DNA from: Acidobacteriota bacterium
GTDB lineage: Bacteria; Acidobacteriota; UBA890; WLXD01
NCBI GenBank assembly: GCA_965205505.1
Contig: CBDBHB010000009.1
Coordinates: 2,048,001-2,112,000 of the forward strand
Direction: 5' to 3'
DNA: 64,000 nt
A program made the translations under genes and the position numbers. Numbering within the stretch: the first letter of the stretch is position 1; the number at the start of each line of letters is the position of its first letter. The notes beneath the pieces were generated by a model that saw only the letters and a program-made list of their open reading frames with translations, was not told the origin of the DNA and did no database searches. Below, in pieces: positions 20,062-29,914 of this stretch.

Positions 20062-20173
20062 ACCATCCTCCGGCAGCCAAGACGTTCAGATACCTGTATA
20101 CAAGCATAGATGAAGCGCCATTACCATGGGGTCTGTCAAAAGTCAACGAACCTTCTGGCAGAGGTTTTCGGGG

Positions 20174-20192
20174 TTTGGGTCAATTTGGGTCA
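20174..20192. repeat. TTTGGGTCA direct repeat, 10-bp period (integrase arm-site-like)
   Basis: TTTGGGTCA-A-TTTGGGTCA at the junction between two cargo blocks. Confidence 0.5.
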
Positions 20193-20197
20193 GGCCG

Positions 20198-20261
20198 TTG
20201 ACAGAGGTTGCTGTGCGGTGCTAGTAACACCTTCTGAAGGTGCTAGTATCACCTTCTGAAG
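20198..20261 (+). promoter_or_regulatory. Promoter and operator-like repeats of the TonB receptor
   Basis: TTGACA at 20198; two tandem 22-bp units GTGCTAGTAWCACCTTCTGAAG; palindrome CACCTTC-T-GAAGGTG at 20228-20242. Confidence 0.6.
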
Positions 20262-20326
20262 CATTAGTCAATTCAATGTCGGGCGACGCCGTTGCCCCGG
20301 GTGACGAGTTGCCCAGGAGGTGTGGA

Positions 20327-23209
20327 ATGCGCGCCAAGCTTGCCGTCTTGACTGTTGCCATGCTCCTGATACTCCCCGCGCAGGCGATGGCGCAGGGTGA
20401 GCGGACGCAGGGGGATATCGCCGGAGTGGTTCGGGACGTGGATGGTGCGGGGCTGCCCGGCGCCACCGTCACCCTCGAGGGAGACAACCTCATCCAGGTA
20501 TCTGTCTCGAAGGTAAGCGACGTCTCGGGCAACTTCCGGTTTCGTAATCTCAGGCCGGGAATGTACATCGTCACGGTCTCGCTCACCGGGTTCCAAACGA
20601 TAGCCTACAACGTCCCGGTGAACGTCGGCACGGCGTCAACCGTGATTGCGGAACTGGAGCTGGCGGGGGTCGCAGAGACGGTCACAGTCGTCTCCGAGAC
20701 GCCGTTGATCGACATAGAGTCGGCATCGCTTACGACGTCATACGGCGCGGATCTGCTGGAAAACGTTCCGGTGGCGCGTGAGTTCGCCAACATGACCGAC
20801 TTCGCCGCTGGTTTCGCCGACAAGGGAGCCTATGGCGCCGGCGGCAACCACTCCGAGGGCACTAGCGTGCATCGGCAAGGTGCCGCAACCAACGGCTACC
20901 GGCTCAACGGCGTTGACATCAACGAGCTGGACTGGGGTCTCACCTTTGTCAACCCGAACGTGGAGACGATCGCCGAGATCCAGATTGTCGGTATCGGCGC
21001 CAGCGCCGAGTACAGCCACTTCACTGGCGCGATGGTCAATATTGTGACCAAGGGGGGCACCAACGCGTTTCATGGCTCGGGCTCTTACTACTGGCAGAAC
21101 GGCTCTCTGAGAACCGACAACTCGCGCGGCATCGTGGATCTCGAGCGCGGAAAGTTCTCCTACGACCGCGAGGTTGCCGCCTCTGTCGGTGGCCCGATTG
21201 CGCGCAACAAGCTGCTGTTCTTTGCCGGTGTCTCCCGTCAAGAAAAGCGCGATTCGATTGCCGCCGACTCGTTCTGGGAGAACGGTGGAATCGCCGTCGA
21301 TGATGCCCAGCAGGGTAACGCTAGGTGGGCACTGCACGGCAAGCTGGATTTCTTGGTCAACGACACCAACACGTTCGGGTTCATGATCAACCAGGATCCG
21401 GGCGGCCAGTCGAACATCGACCTGCGACCAGGTTCGCCGCTCGACGTCGCCATGGATACCGAGTACAGCAGCACGACCGCGTTGTTCACCTGGCAATCCC
21501 AACTGGGCGACAACACCTTCACCGATCTCCGCCTCGCATACAATAGGGCGGACTTCTTGCGCATCCCGCTCGTGTGCTGCGACATCCCGGATTACTGGTT
21601 CAACAATTCGCGGAGGCTCACCCGTGGCTTCGTGGAGGACGAGGACAACGCCTCGAAAAATGTCACGGCAACGGTGACCCAGTACGTCGACGACTTCCTG
21701 GGCGCCGCGCATGACGTCAAGGTCGGTATCGACTACAACGACCTTTGGTCCACCTGGATTGCTAAGATTACCGGTAGAGGGGCCATGTATGCCTATGGCT
21801 CCGGTAACGTATATGGGCGTATCTCCAACCGTGGCCTCGAGGCCCGAATGCTACGCCACTCGGCCTTTATCCAGGATAACGCTACCGCTAGCGACAACCT
21901 CACCCTCAACCTCGGGCTGCGCTTTGACCGGACGACCGGTTACGACATGAAGGGTGGGGTGGTTGGGGCTCAGGTAGACAGGTACGACAACTTGGCGCCA
22001 CGCCTTGGTGCAACCTTGGATGTGAGCGGTGATGGCCGTGCCGTGTTCCATGGCAGCTGGGGGCGCTACTTCGAGAAGATCTCCATCGGACACGTCTCGA
22101 GAGCCACCGGCGGCGCGTTCACGGACCCATACGAACCCAACCAGAGGTTCTTCTTCGCAATACCTGACGGTATGTTCCCTGCCGACTACGACCCCCTCAA
22201 CCCGACCGACGTGCAAGTGTTAGCGCTGCAAGACGCTGTCTTCCAACTCGCGAACCGGACTTCGTTCAACGCCGATATCTTTCCGATCACCCCCGGCTTG
22301 AAGTCGACGCACACGGATGTCTTCAATTTCGGATTCGAGTATGAATTAGTCAGGGACTGGGTCGTGGGTCTCGACTACATCCGCAAAGATGACAAAAACA
22401 TGTTCATCTACAACGACATCATTGACCATGTGTTTACGCCCTTCGAATACACCAGCCCGGTGGTGCCCGGATTCCTCGATACGCCGACGACGCAGACGCT
22501 CTACTCGAAACCCAGCGGCGCTATCGAGAACGTCTTCGATAACAGCGACTACTATGTGCGGTGGCACAACATCGTGACGCTGTCGCTGGACCGACGGCGA
22601 ACGGGTTCCGGCCTCAACTTCAGCACCTCGCTCACCTACCAGAACAACGAGGGAAGGATAGAGAATGGCGACGGCCAGACCATCTGGGGTAGGGGCTTCG
22701 ACGAAGAAGACAACCCGAACTTCAACGGCCACCCCTTCTCCGAGTCGGGTCCGTTGCGCTTCAGCAGGACGTGGAGCTGGAAGATACTGGGCAACTACAG
22801 GCTGCCCGGAGACATCCTCTTGGGTATGTACTGGAACTTGGCGTCGGGTCGGCCGTGGAACCTCAAGGTCAGGCACGGATCCAGGGGGATTCCCCAATTG
22901 CTCAACGCCGCCTACGGCAGCACAAACATCGAGAAGGTTCGCAGCAGGCGGTGGGATTCGCATAAGCAGCTCGATCTGCGGCTCTCGAAGTCCTTTAATT
23001 TTGGGAATGGCCGGTTCGAGTTGATGGTCGACGGGTTCAACATGCTCAACGACTTCTCCCCGACCAGCGTCAGAGATCGAATCGACCGAACGTTCAGCCT
23101 TGAGCGCGACGCCGAAGGCAACAGACTCTCCAGCGTCGGGCTGCCCCGCGACTCTACACGTCTGCTGCCCGGGCGGCAGTTTCGGCTCGGGGCACGACTT
23201 TCCTTCTGA
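20327..23209 (+). CDS. TonB-dependent receptor (Oar-like, carboxypeptidase-regulatory N-domain)
   Basis: AGGAGG RBS; signal peptide; LPGATVTL; NIVTKGGTNAFHG; LTLNLGLRFD; terminal RLSF. Confidence 0.92.
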   Translation: MRAKLAVLTVAMLLILPAQAMAQGERTQGDIAGVVRDVDGAGLPGATVTLEGDNLIQVSVSKVSDVSGNFRFRNLRPGMYIVTVSLTGFQTIAYNVPVNVGTASTVIAELELAGVAETVTVVSETPLIDIESASLTTSYGADLLENVPVAREFANMTDFAAGFADKGAYGAGGNHSEGTSVHRQGAATNGYRLNGVDINELDWGLTFVNPNVETIAEIQIVGIGASAEYSHFTGAMVNIVTKGGTNAFHGSGSYYWQNGSLRTDNSRGIVDLERGKFSYDREVAASVGGPIARNKLLFFAGVSRQEKRDSIAADSFWENGGIAVDDAQQGNARWALHGKLDFLVNDTNTFGFMINQDPGGQSNIDLRPGSPLDVAMDTEYSSTTALFTWQSQLGDNTFTDLRLAYNRADFLRIPLVCCDIPDYWFNNSRRLTRGFVEDEDNASKNVTATVTQYVDDFLGAAHDVKVGIDYNDLWSTWIAKITGRGAMYAYGSGNVYGRISNRGLEARMLRHSAFIQDNATASDNLTLNLGLRFDRTTGYDMKGGVVGAQVDRYDNLAPRLGATLDVSGDGRAVFHGSWGRYFEKISIGHVSRATGGAFTDPYEPNQRFFFAIPDGMFPADYDPLNPTDVQVLALQDAVFQLANRTSFNADIFPITPGLKSTHTDVFNFGFEYELVRDWVVGLDYIRKDDKNMFIYNDIIDHVFTPFEYTSPVVPGFLDTPTTQTLYSKPSGAIENVFDNSDYYVRWHNIVTLSLDRRRTGSGLNFSTSLTYQNNEGRIENGDGQTIWGRGFDEEDNPNFNGHPFSESGPLRFSRTWSWKILGNYRLPGDILLGMYWNLASGRPWNLKVRHGSRGIPQLLNAAYGSTNIEKVRSRRWDSHKQLDLRLSKSFNFGNGRFELMVDGFNMLNDFSPTSVRDRIDRTFSLERDAEGNRLSSVGLPRDSTRLLPGRQFRLGARLSF

Positions 23210-23350
23210 TTCGCTGACACGCAACGACAAAGTGGGGTGCGGTGATCCAGGGCCGGGAGCCGGCCCTGCGGATCGACGATGACCTCGAGGGCCATCGCTG
23301 ACTGAGCCGCACCCTGCTGGTGCTGTCGTTCGATCTGCTGGCGCAGCTCG

Positions 23351-24583
23351 TCAGTGCTGTCTCTCGATCCGCTGGCGCAGCTCGTCGATGCGCTGTGCAT
23401 CCCGCGCCCGGCCCAGCGCACGGTAGGCGGCGGCGAGAACCTCGTACGTCTCCGCACGCTCCGGCTGCAGCTCGCGCGCTCGCTCCAGTGCCGTGATCGC
23501 ACCTTCGTGCTGGCCGAGTGCTGCCCTGCACAGGCCGATGTTGAAGTGGATCAATGCGTCGTCGGGCGCCACCAAGACCGCGGTCTCGAAGAGCTCCAGC
23601 GCCTCGGCCGGATGGTCTCGGCGGAAGTAGTAGAGCCCCTGCGCGTTCAGCATGCCGATCTGCATGGCGCGATTCTGCTGGAGCTCGCGCTGGCGCTCGG
23701 CCGTGGTCATCCCCTGGAAGCGCTGCATCAGCTGTCGGGCCTGCTCCCGCTGACCGCTGTCGCGAAGAGCCAGCGCCAGGTTGTAGTGGGCCAGTTTCAG
23801 CCCGGCGTCGAGCTTGATTGCCTCGCGCCCGTGCGTCACCGCACCCTCCAGGTCCCCGGCCTTGTACAGAACGGAACCGAGCAGCTGGTGCGCCTGCGCG
23901 GCGCAGCAGGCCTGCATCCCGAGGACACGTCGGAGCAGCTCCTCGGCGGCCGAGAGCTCCTGGCGATCGATGTACACCTCGGCAAGGCGCACGTATGCAA
24001 GCGCTTGGCGCGGGCGCAGCCGAATCATCGCCTCGAGCTGCTCCACCGCGACGTCGAGATCGCCCTCTGCCCACGCCAGCATGCCGAGATCGAAGCGCGC
24101 TTCCACGGCGCCGACCATCGTGGCCGCCTCGAAGGCGGCTCGCGCCTCCGACCCCATGCCCATCTGGAGCAGCGTACGACCCCTCAGCAGCTCGAGGTTC
24201 GGTTTCCCGCCACCCCCTGCCTGACACTCGTCGACGAGCGCGATCGTCTTGTCATGGAGGGTGAGACGGCGGTAGGCGCGCCCCAGCGCCAGGCAGGTTT
24301 CGATACTCTCGGGACGCAGCTCGTGGGCGCGCTCGTACGCCGTCGTCGCCCTGAGAAGCGACTCGAAGTCGCCGTTCTGCAGCGCCGCCGCACCGGCCTG
24401 CATCGCCTCGTCGAACTCCTCCGCTGGCGTCTGCGCGGTCTCCGTTTCCTGTCCGGTTACCGGGCGCGCATCCAACCCACCCGGCCAGGCCGACGCCTCC
24501 GGAGTCGAGCCGCGGAGGATCGGAGCGGCCAGGAAAGAGCAGACGACGACGTGCAAGCTGATTCGCACACCCGTCGCGCGCAT
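23351..24583 (-). CDS. Tetratricopeptide repeat protein, secreted
   Basis: Signal peptide and multiple TPR helices (AHYNLALAL, IHFNIGLC). Confidence 0.85.
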   Translation of the reverse strand: MRATGVRISLHVVVCSFLAAPILRGSTPEASAWPGGLDARPVTGQETETAQTPAEEFDEAMQAGAAALQNGDFESLLRATTAYERAHELRPESIETCLALGRAYRRLTLHDKTIALVDECQAGGGGKPNLELLRGRTLLQMGMGSEARAAFEAATMVGAVEARFDLGMLAWAEGDLDVAVEQLEAMIRLRPRQALAYVRLAEVYIDRQELSAAEELLRRVLGMQACCAAQAHQLLGSVLYKAGDLEGAVTHGREAIKLDAGLKLAHYNLALALRDSGQREQARQLMQRFQGMTTAERQRELQQNRAMQIGMLNAQGLYYFRRDHPAEALELFETAVLVAPDDALIHFNIGLCRAALGQHEGAITALERARELQPERAETYEVLAAAYRALGRARDAQRIDELRQRIERQH

Positions 24584-24585
24584 GG

Positions 24586-27003
24586 TCAGCGCTGTGTCCC
24601 GGTTCGCAGCTGCATCCCAAGACGCGCGTGCTGGTTGGAGAGCTCGTTTCTTCCGAGTCGATTGTAGATGTCGGCGAGCAAGAGATGGCCCAGCACCTGG
24701 TCCTGCCTGATGATCTCTTGCGGCACCCCACGCGCAGTCGACGACTCGAGTCGCTCAAGCGCCCCCTCGACGAGCGACACGGCCTCGTCGAGGCGCTCGT
24801 TCTTCACCAGGTAGATGCGGGCGAGGAAGAGGCGCCCACCGACGAACTGCGGGTCGATCTCGAGGGCCATACGCAGGTACCGCTCCTCCCCGACGAGGTC
24901 GCCGCGGTTGCGGTAGATGACGCTGAGTTTGAAGGCGGCATCGACGTTGCTCGGCGCGTTCTCGAGCTCGCGGCGGTAGGCGGCGATCGCCTCGTCCGGC
25001 TGTCCCCGGGTCTGGAACAGCAACCCGCGCTGGTAGTGCAGATCGGCGAGGGTATCCTTTAAGCCGCGCGCCAGGTTCAGGTGTTCCTCCGCCAGGCGCG
25101 GGCGGCCGGCGGCCAGGTGCACGGCCCCGAGCCCGACGTGCGCGGCGGCCATGATGTTGTTCGCCGGAGCATCCTCGCTGAGGCGCAACGCCTCGTTGAA
25201 ATAGGTCGCGGCCTCGTCGTATGAGCGCCTGGTCTGCTTGATGCGCCCGAGGCTGATGTACAGCCGGGCATCCGGCTCCAGGACGTCGATGAAGTCCAGC
25301 AACACCTTCTCGGCCTCGTTCATCCGGCCGGCCTGCACCTGCGTGCTGGTGAGAAAGAGCACCAGGGCCGCATCTTCGGGCCGCATCGAGAGTGCGGTCT
25401 CGAAGGCCTCGATCGCTTCGTCGTAGCGGAGCTGCTCGAAGAGCAGGTTGCCGAGCGACTGGTGCGCGTCGACCACTCCGGCATCCTCGGCGATGACCCC
25501 CCGCAGGAGCAGCTCGGCCTCGGCCAGTTCGTTATTGACGGTCAGACCGCGGGCCAGGAGCAGGTCGTTGTAGATCTCGACTTTGTCCTTCGGGTTGGCG
25601 CGCTCGACGTCCGGGTCGTCCGCGTCAGCGCTGTAGCCGCCGATGTAGCCTAGTGCGGCGAGCCGCTGGAGAGTCTCCTGGTCGAGCGTGACGGTGTCCG
25701 CCGGGTTGGCGTTCTCCTCGAGCCGCGCCACCAGCTCCTCGGCCTCCCGGCGCAGCGCCTCTGCCGTGGCGGCGCGCTGTGATGCGAGGTTCTGCTGTTC
25801 CTCGGGGTCCTGCAGAAGATCGTAGAGCTCGGGGTCCGGCGAGATGATGAGCTTGTGGGTGGGCTCGAGGATCGCCTGGAGCTCGCTCCAGCCGAAATGG
25901 AGGCGTGGGTAGAAGGTCTCGGCATAGACGCGCTCGTCGGGCCTGCCCTCGACCTCGGCCGCCTCGGTAAACAGTGGAACCAGGCTGCTGCCGTGTACTT
26001 CCTCGGGGGTCTCCAGCCCGGTCAACTCCAGCACGGTCGGCATGACGTCGATCAACGAGACCAGCTCGTGGCGCTGGATGCCCTGCGGCTCGTCAAACGG
26101 GGTGGCGATGATCAGCGGTACCCGGATGGCGGACTCGTACAGCAGCAACCCGTGCTCGCTCTCCCCGTGCTCACCGAGAGCCTCGCCGTGATCGGCTGCC
26201 ACCACGACGTAGGTCTCGTCGGATTGGCCGGAGTCGTCCAGCCACGAGATCAGCCTGCCGACCAAGGAGTCGGTCCAGGCGATCTCACCGACGTAGGGCC
26301 GGTCGGCGTATCGCGACCTGAAGGGCTCGGGCGGCTCGTACGGGGAGTGCGGATCGTACAGGTGCACCCACATGAAGAACGGGGTCGTGTCGTCCTCGCG
26401 GGCCCACGCCAGGGCGGCGTCGATGACCTCCGATCCGGGACGCTGCACGCGGCCCAGAAAGATCGCTCGCTGCTCGGGCACCTCGAACTCGTCGAAGTAC
26501 CGGTCGAACCCCTGGGCCAGGCCCCAGCGCGAGTCGAGGACAAAGGCTCCGACGAAGCCGCCGGTCCGGTAGCCGGCCTCCCGGAAGCTCTCGGCCAGGG
26601 TCTGCAGCTCTTCCGGCGCGACGTGCACGCCGTTGTCGCGCACCCCGTGGTAGGGCGGGTGGGTTCCGGTGAACAGCGACGTGTGCGAGGGCAGCGTCAG
26701 CGGCGTCGAGGCGTAGGCGCGCATGAAGGTGACCCCGCGGGCGGCAAGCGCATCGATAACAGGTGTGTCGACCTCGTCGAAGCCGTACACGCCGAGACGA
26801 TCGGCGCGCGTCGTGTCGAGCGTCACCAGCAGGACGTTGAGCTTGCGGTCGCCGCGGAGCTGCTCGAGGCGCGCCCCCGGGGACGCTCCCGGGCCACAGC
26901 CGATCGTCAGCAGGACGATCGCCCACACGGACGCGACAGCGGCGAGCGCTGCCAGCACCCTACTACGTCGCGGCGCACGCCGACCGCGCTCGAAGCTCGG
27001 CAC
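24586..27003 (-). CDS. Sulfatase-like hydrolase with C-terminal TPRs
   Basis: NVLLVTLDTTRAD, TPLTLPSH, HLYDPH, ADHGE; GTG start 8 nt after AAGGAGG. Confidence 0.9.
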   Translation of the reverse strand: MPSFERGRRAPRRSRVLAALAAVASVWAIVLLTIGCGPGASPGARLEQLRGDRKLNVLLVTLDTTRADRLGVYGFDEVDTPVIDALAARGVTFMRAYASTPLTLPSHTSLFTGTHPPYHGVRDNGVHVAPEELQTLAESFREAGYRTGGFVGAFVLDSRWGLAQGFDRYFDEFEVPEQRAIFLGRVQRPGSEVIDAALAWAREDDTTPFFMWVHLYDPHSPYEPPEPFRSRYADRPYVGEIAWTDSLVGRLISWLDDSGQSDETYVVVAADHGEALGEHGESEHGLLLYESAIRVPLIIATPFDEPQGIQRHELVSLIDVMPTVLELTGLETPEEVHGSSLVPLFTEAAEVEGRPDERVYAETFYPRLHFGWSELQAILEPTHKLIISPDPELYDLLQDPEEQQNLASQRAATAEALRREAEELVARLEENANPADTVTLDQETLQRLAALGYIGGYSADADDPDVERANPKDKVEIYNDLLLARGLTVNNELAEAELLLRGVIAEDAGVVDAHQSLGNLLFEQLRYDEAIEAFETALSMRPEDAALVLFLTSTQVQAGRMNEAEKVLLDFIDVLEPDARLYISLGRIKQTRRSYDEAATYFNEALRLSEDAPANNIMAAAHVGLGAVHLAAGRPRLAEEHLNLARGLKDTLADLHYQRGLLFQTRGQPDEAIAAYRRELENAPSNVDAAFKLSVIYRNRGDLVGEERYLRMALEIDPQFVGGRLFLARIYLVKNERLDEAVSLVEGALERLESSTARGVPQEIIRQDQVLGHLLLADIYNRLGRNELSNQHARLGMQLRTGTQR

Positions 27004-27118
27004 CCTACTCGCCTCCTTCGTCATGGAGCGCGGGGATCGACCGCGCGGTGCGAGCCACCATCCGTGGGCCGGCCGCGGCGCGCCCTGCGAGAATCCTCCC
27101 AGATATAGTGTCGCCTGA

Positions 27119-27147
27119 AGCGTATCGCCGGAGCGTGCGAGATCCAA
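27119..27147 (-). promoter_or_regulatory. Kinase-family promoter copy upstream of the sulfatase
   Basis: TTGGAT-CTCGCACGCTCCGGCGA-TACGCT, almost identical to 33884-33912. Confidence 0.6.
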
Positions 27148-27406
27148 CGGAGGCACCGTCAGGAGCCTCCCCAGCGTCAACCGGCCTGGCCCCCAATTCG
27201 GGAAGGACCAATCCCGTGCGGGGTGCCGACGCGCGTTAGGGGCCGTCCTGGGGACATGCACCAGCGCTCTACCCCACCGCCTGACGGTCGCGCTCGTCAG
27301 CCGTGAGTGGTTACCCCGATACCCGCCCTGGCCAACCCAAGAGCGTGCCGCTACGGACGAGCGAAATCGAAGGACGCTAGGGCTTGTCGAGTCTCGGCTG
27401 CCGGCG

Positions 27407-27517
27407 CTACGGGTCCGTCGGCACGAGCCGCTTCAGCTCGTCGAACCAGTTGGTGACGAGCGTCACCGTGCCGCTGTCGCTCTGGCTGCTCTGGCCGGTG
27501 TCGGGGAACATCACGAA
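27407..27517 (-). pseudogene. Extreme C-terminal fragment of a kinase/propeller gene
   Basis: FVMFPDTGQSSQSDSGTVTLVTNWFDELKRLVPTDP*, the family tail motif. Confidence 0.75.
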
Positions 27518-27641
27518 TCCGCTCCAGTGAAGGCTACCCGGAGGAGACTCGTCGGCTCCTCGAAGGGAGCGCCAGCGGCTCCGTGTCCACCTGGAACCGG
27601 GCGGCCGAGCCGGTCACGAACAACGCGGCTAGCGCCGCGTG

Positions 27642-28805
27642 TCACGAGATCATTACCGTGCGCGCGAACTGGGCGTTGTTCTCCCAGCTGGTCCTCTTCT
27701 CGGCCAGGTCCTCCAGCACCGGCTGTACCCTGCCATTCGCATCGATGGCGCGCGACACGACGGTGTGCTCCCCCGCCGTGGCACCTTCCCAACGGTATGC
27801 AAAGAGCTTCCAGGAGTACTTCGTATTGCGCGGATCCAGCGTCGCTTGCTCCCAGGGTCCGTCGTCGATCTTCACCTCCACCCGAGCCAGCGGCGTCCCG
27901 TCGGTCAAGGCGAACCCGTGCACGGTGTGATGGTCGGCAGCGCGCGTGACCCGGGCGATGGCCGACTTCAGCTGGATGCGGGTGACCGAGGTCTCCATGT
28001 ACTTGAGGCTGCCTCCCACCTGCTTGGCCGTCAGCGTGACGTAGTGGTTGGCCATGAACTTGCCCATGAATCGGCCTTCCTGCACGTGGATCTGCTTGAG
28101 CCATTTGACCTGGGCAACGCCGTACCAGCCCGGGATGATCAGCCGCAGCGGCGCTCCCTGATGGATGCTCAGCGGCTCGCCGTTGAGCTCGTACGCAAGC
28201 ATGGTGTCGTCGCGCAGGGCGTCTTCTAGCGACATGCTGCGGGCGTATTGCTGATCGACCAGCCAGCTACTACCCCGCTTCTCGATCGTCTCGGTTCCCA
28301 CATCGGCACCGAAGAAGACCACTTCCTTGCCGGCCGGCTCGACGCCCACCTCGTCGAGCAACGCGCGCAGACTCGTACCGCCCCAGCGGCCGTTGCTGAC
28401 CAGCCCGTGGAAGCGGCGGCGGCTGTTGCCGGAGCACTCGAACGCGCAGGCCAGCTCCGTGCGCGGGCGTCGACGGATACCCGCCATCGACAGCTTCTGA
28501 GGCCGTGACACTTGCCCGCTGATCTCCAGCTCGTGGGTCGCGGCGTCCACTTCAGGATGCCCGTAGTGCTGAACGGTGAAGAACTGGTCGGCCGGCGTAA
28601 AGAATTCGTCGATCTCGCGGATATCTACGAACCGAACGATTGGCGTCGGGTTGGTTTCGAACCCGTACGGCATGTCGGTGAACGGAACCGTTTCGTCTTG
28701 CGACATCGCGGCCAGCGCCCAATTCGGCACACCGACCACCATCGATCCGGCGACGATCGCACCGGCCTTCGTCGCGTCGCGGCGCGTCATGCGCTCAGAC
28801 ATCAT
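27642..28805 (-). CDS. Sulfite oxidase-family molybdopterin oxidoreductase, Tat signal
   Basis: MTRRDA; FECSGN Mo-Cys ligand; YELNGEPLSIHQGAPLRLIIPGWYG; VKWL. Confidence 0.9.
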   Translation of the reverse strand: MMSERMTRRDATKAGAIVAGSMVVGVPNWALAAMSQDETVPFTDMPYGFETNPTPIVRFVDIREIDEFFTPADQFFTVQHYGHPEVDAATHELEISGQVSRPQKLSMAGIRRRPRTELACAFECSGNSRRRFHGLVSNGRWGGTSLRALLDEVGVEPAGKEVVFFGADVGTETIEKRGSSWLVDQQYARSMSLEDALRDDTMLAYELNGEPLSIHQGAPLRLIIPGWYGVAQVKWLKQIHVQEGRFMGKFMANHYVTLTAKQVGGSLKYMETSVTRIQLKSAIARVTRAADHHTVHGFALTDGTPLARVEVKIDDGPWEQATLDPRNTKYSWKLFAYRWEGATAGEHTVVSRAIDANGRVQPVLEDLAEKRTSWENNAQFARTVMIS

Positions 28806-29003
28806 CCTCCTCCTTCGGAAACCCGGCGAATCGGTATCCCGGGCCGGTTCCCAATGGTCTCTCCGTTTTGGTACACGATCTGCCCATTGACGCAGACAGT
28901 ATCAAACCCGGCCGACGAAAGGTGCGGCTCCTCGACCGTGGAGCGATCGATCACCGTCGCCGGGTCGAACAAGACGAGGTCGGCGTAGTCGCCTTCCTCG
29001 ATC
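28802..29003 (-). pseudogene. D-aminoacylase/amidohydrolase C-terminal fragment
   Basis: IEEGDYADLVLFDPATVIDRST...VCVNGQIV...GNRPG; stop overlaps the Mo-enzyme start. Confidence 0.8.
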
Positions 29004-29094
29004 GGGATAGATCAGGCCACGTTACCCGTGTCACAATCTGTCCGAGGTGTCACGATGCCCAACCCCGGCAAGCGATAGAGCCGGACAGTCCAAC

Positions 29095-29108
29095 AAGTTG
29101 ACGACGCC
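29095..29108. mobile_element. Orphan IS6-like terminal inverted repeat
   Basis: Reverse complement GGCGTCGTCAACTT vs GGCATTGTCAACTT at 50580. Confidence 0.5.
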
Positions 29109-29469
29109 GACGAAACCCGACCCATCCCGACAGAAGGAATTGTCAGTCCGCCAAGCGAACGCCATCGATCTGCTGTTGGCAGGAAAACGGACAGCGAGGT
29201 CGCGAAAGCCGTCGATGCTGTAGGCCGTACTTGCGGGAGAGCCGCGCCAGTCGCGCCGTCAGCGTCAGGGTCAGGCCTTTGTTCTGCGCGGCGATGGCGG
29301 GATCCATCTCCCCTGCGGTCACGATGGGCAGGACAGCGATGACCCAGTCAGTAGGATCGAGGGGGATAGACGCCGTGCGATGTAAGGGATCAGAGCACGG
29401 GGCGGCCGGTGTAAGAAACCGGCTGTGCTCGGTAGCAACCATTGCAAAGACCACGGCCAGACCACACCG

Positions 29470-29889
29470 GTGCGGAGATACGTCAAACTTGACGACATTA
29501 AAAAGAACGATGTCGTCAAAGCGATCAAAGCCGGCATGGGGAAGGCTGAAGCTGCGGCCGTCGTCGGGGTGTCACGCCAGACGCTATACGACCATGAGCA
29601 GAAACACCCCGAGTTAAGAGAACAGGTTGGGGATGCCCAGCGGGGTGCTGTCGGTGCGGTTGAGAACGCTCTGCACGCCAAAGCGTTGGGTGGCAACGTA
29701 ACGGCGATGATCTTCTTTTTGAAGAACCGCTCGCCGGACCAGTGGCGCGACATGAAGACGGGCGAGGTCGTGCGTGCGATGGAAGCGCGGCTTCGACCTG
29801 CGCTATTCCGCGCGATGGAAACCACTAGTATCTCTCGCCAGCAACTCGAAGCCGTCGCCGACGCCTTAGATGACGCTGTAAACGCGTGA
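29470..29889 (+). CDS. Phage small terminase-like HTH protein
   Basis: AAAVVGVSRQTLY HTH; VENALHAKALGGNVTAMIFFLKNRSPDQWRD motif; start uncertain. Confidence 0.7.
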   Translation: MRRYVKLDDIKKNDVVKAIKAGMGKAEAAAVVGVSRQTLYDHEQKHPELREQVGDAQRGAVGAVENALHAKALGGNVTAMIFFLKNRSPDQWRDMKTGEVVRAMEARLRPALFRAMETTSISRQQLEAVADALDDAVNA

Positions 29890-29914
29890 CCGGCGTGGAG
29901 TCCGTTTACTCGGA

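Larger units (their letters stand above)
12262..20149 (-). repeat. Tandem duplication of a ~3.7-kb Rieske + SpdH-like operon including its upstream region
   Basis: 12262-15938 vs 16480-20149 largely identical, including TTACCATGGGGTCTGTCAA upstream. Confidence 0.95.
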
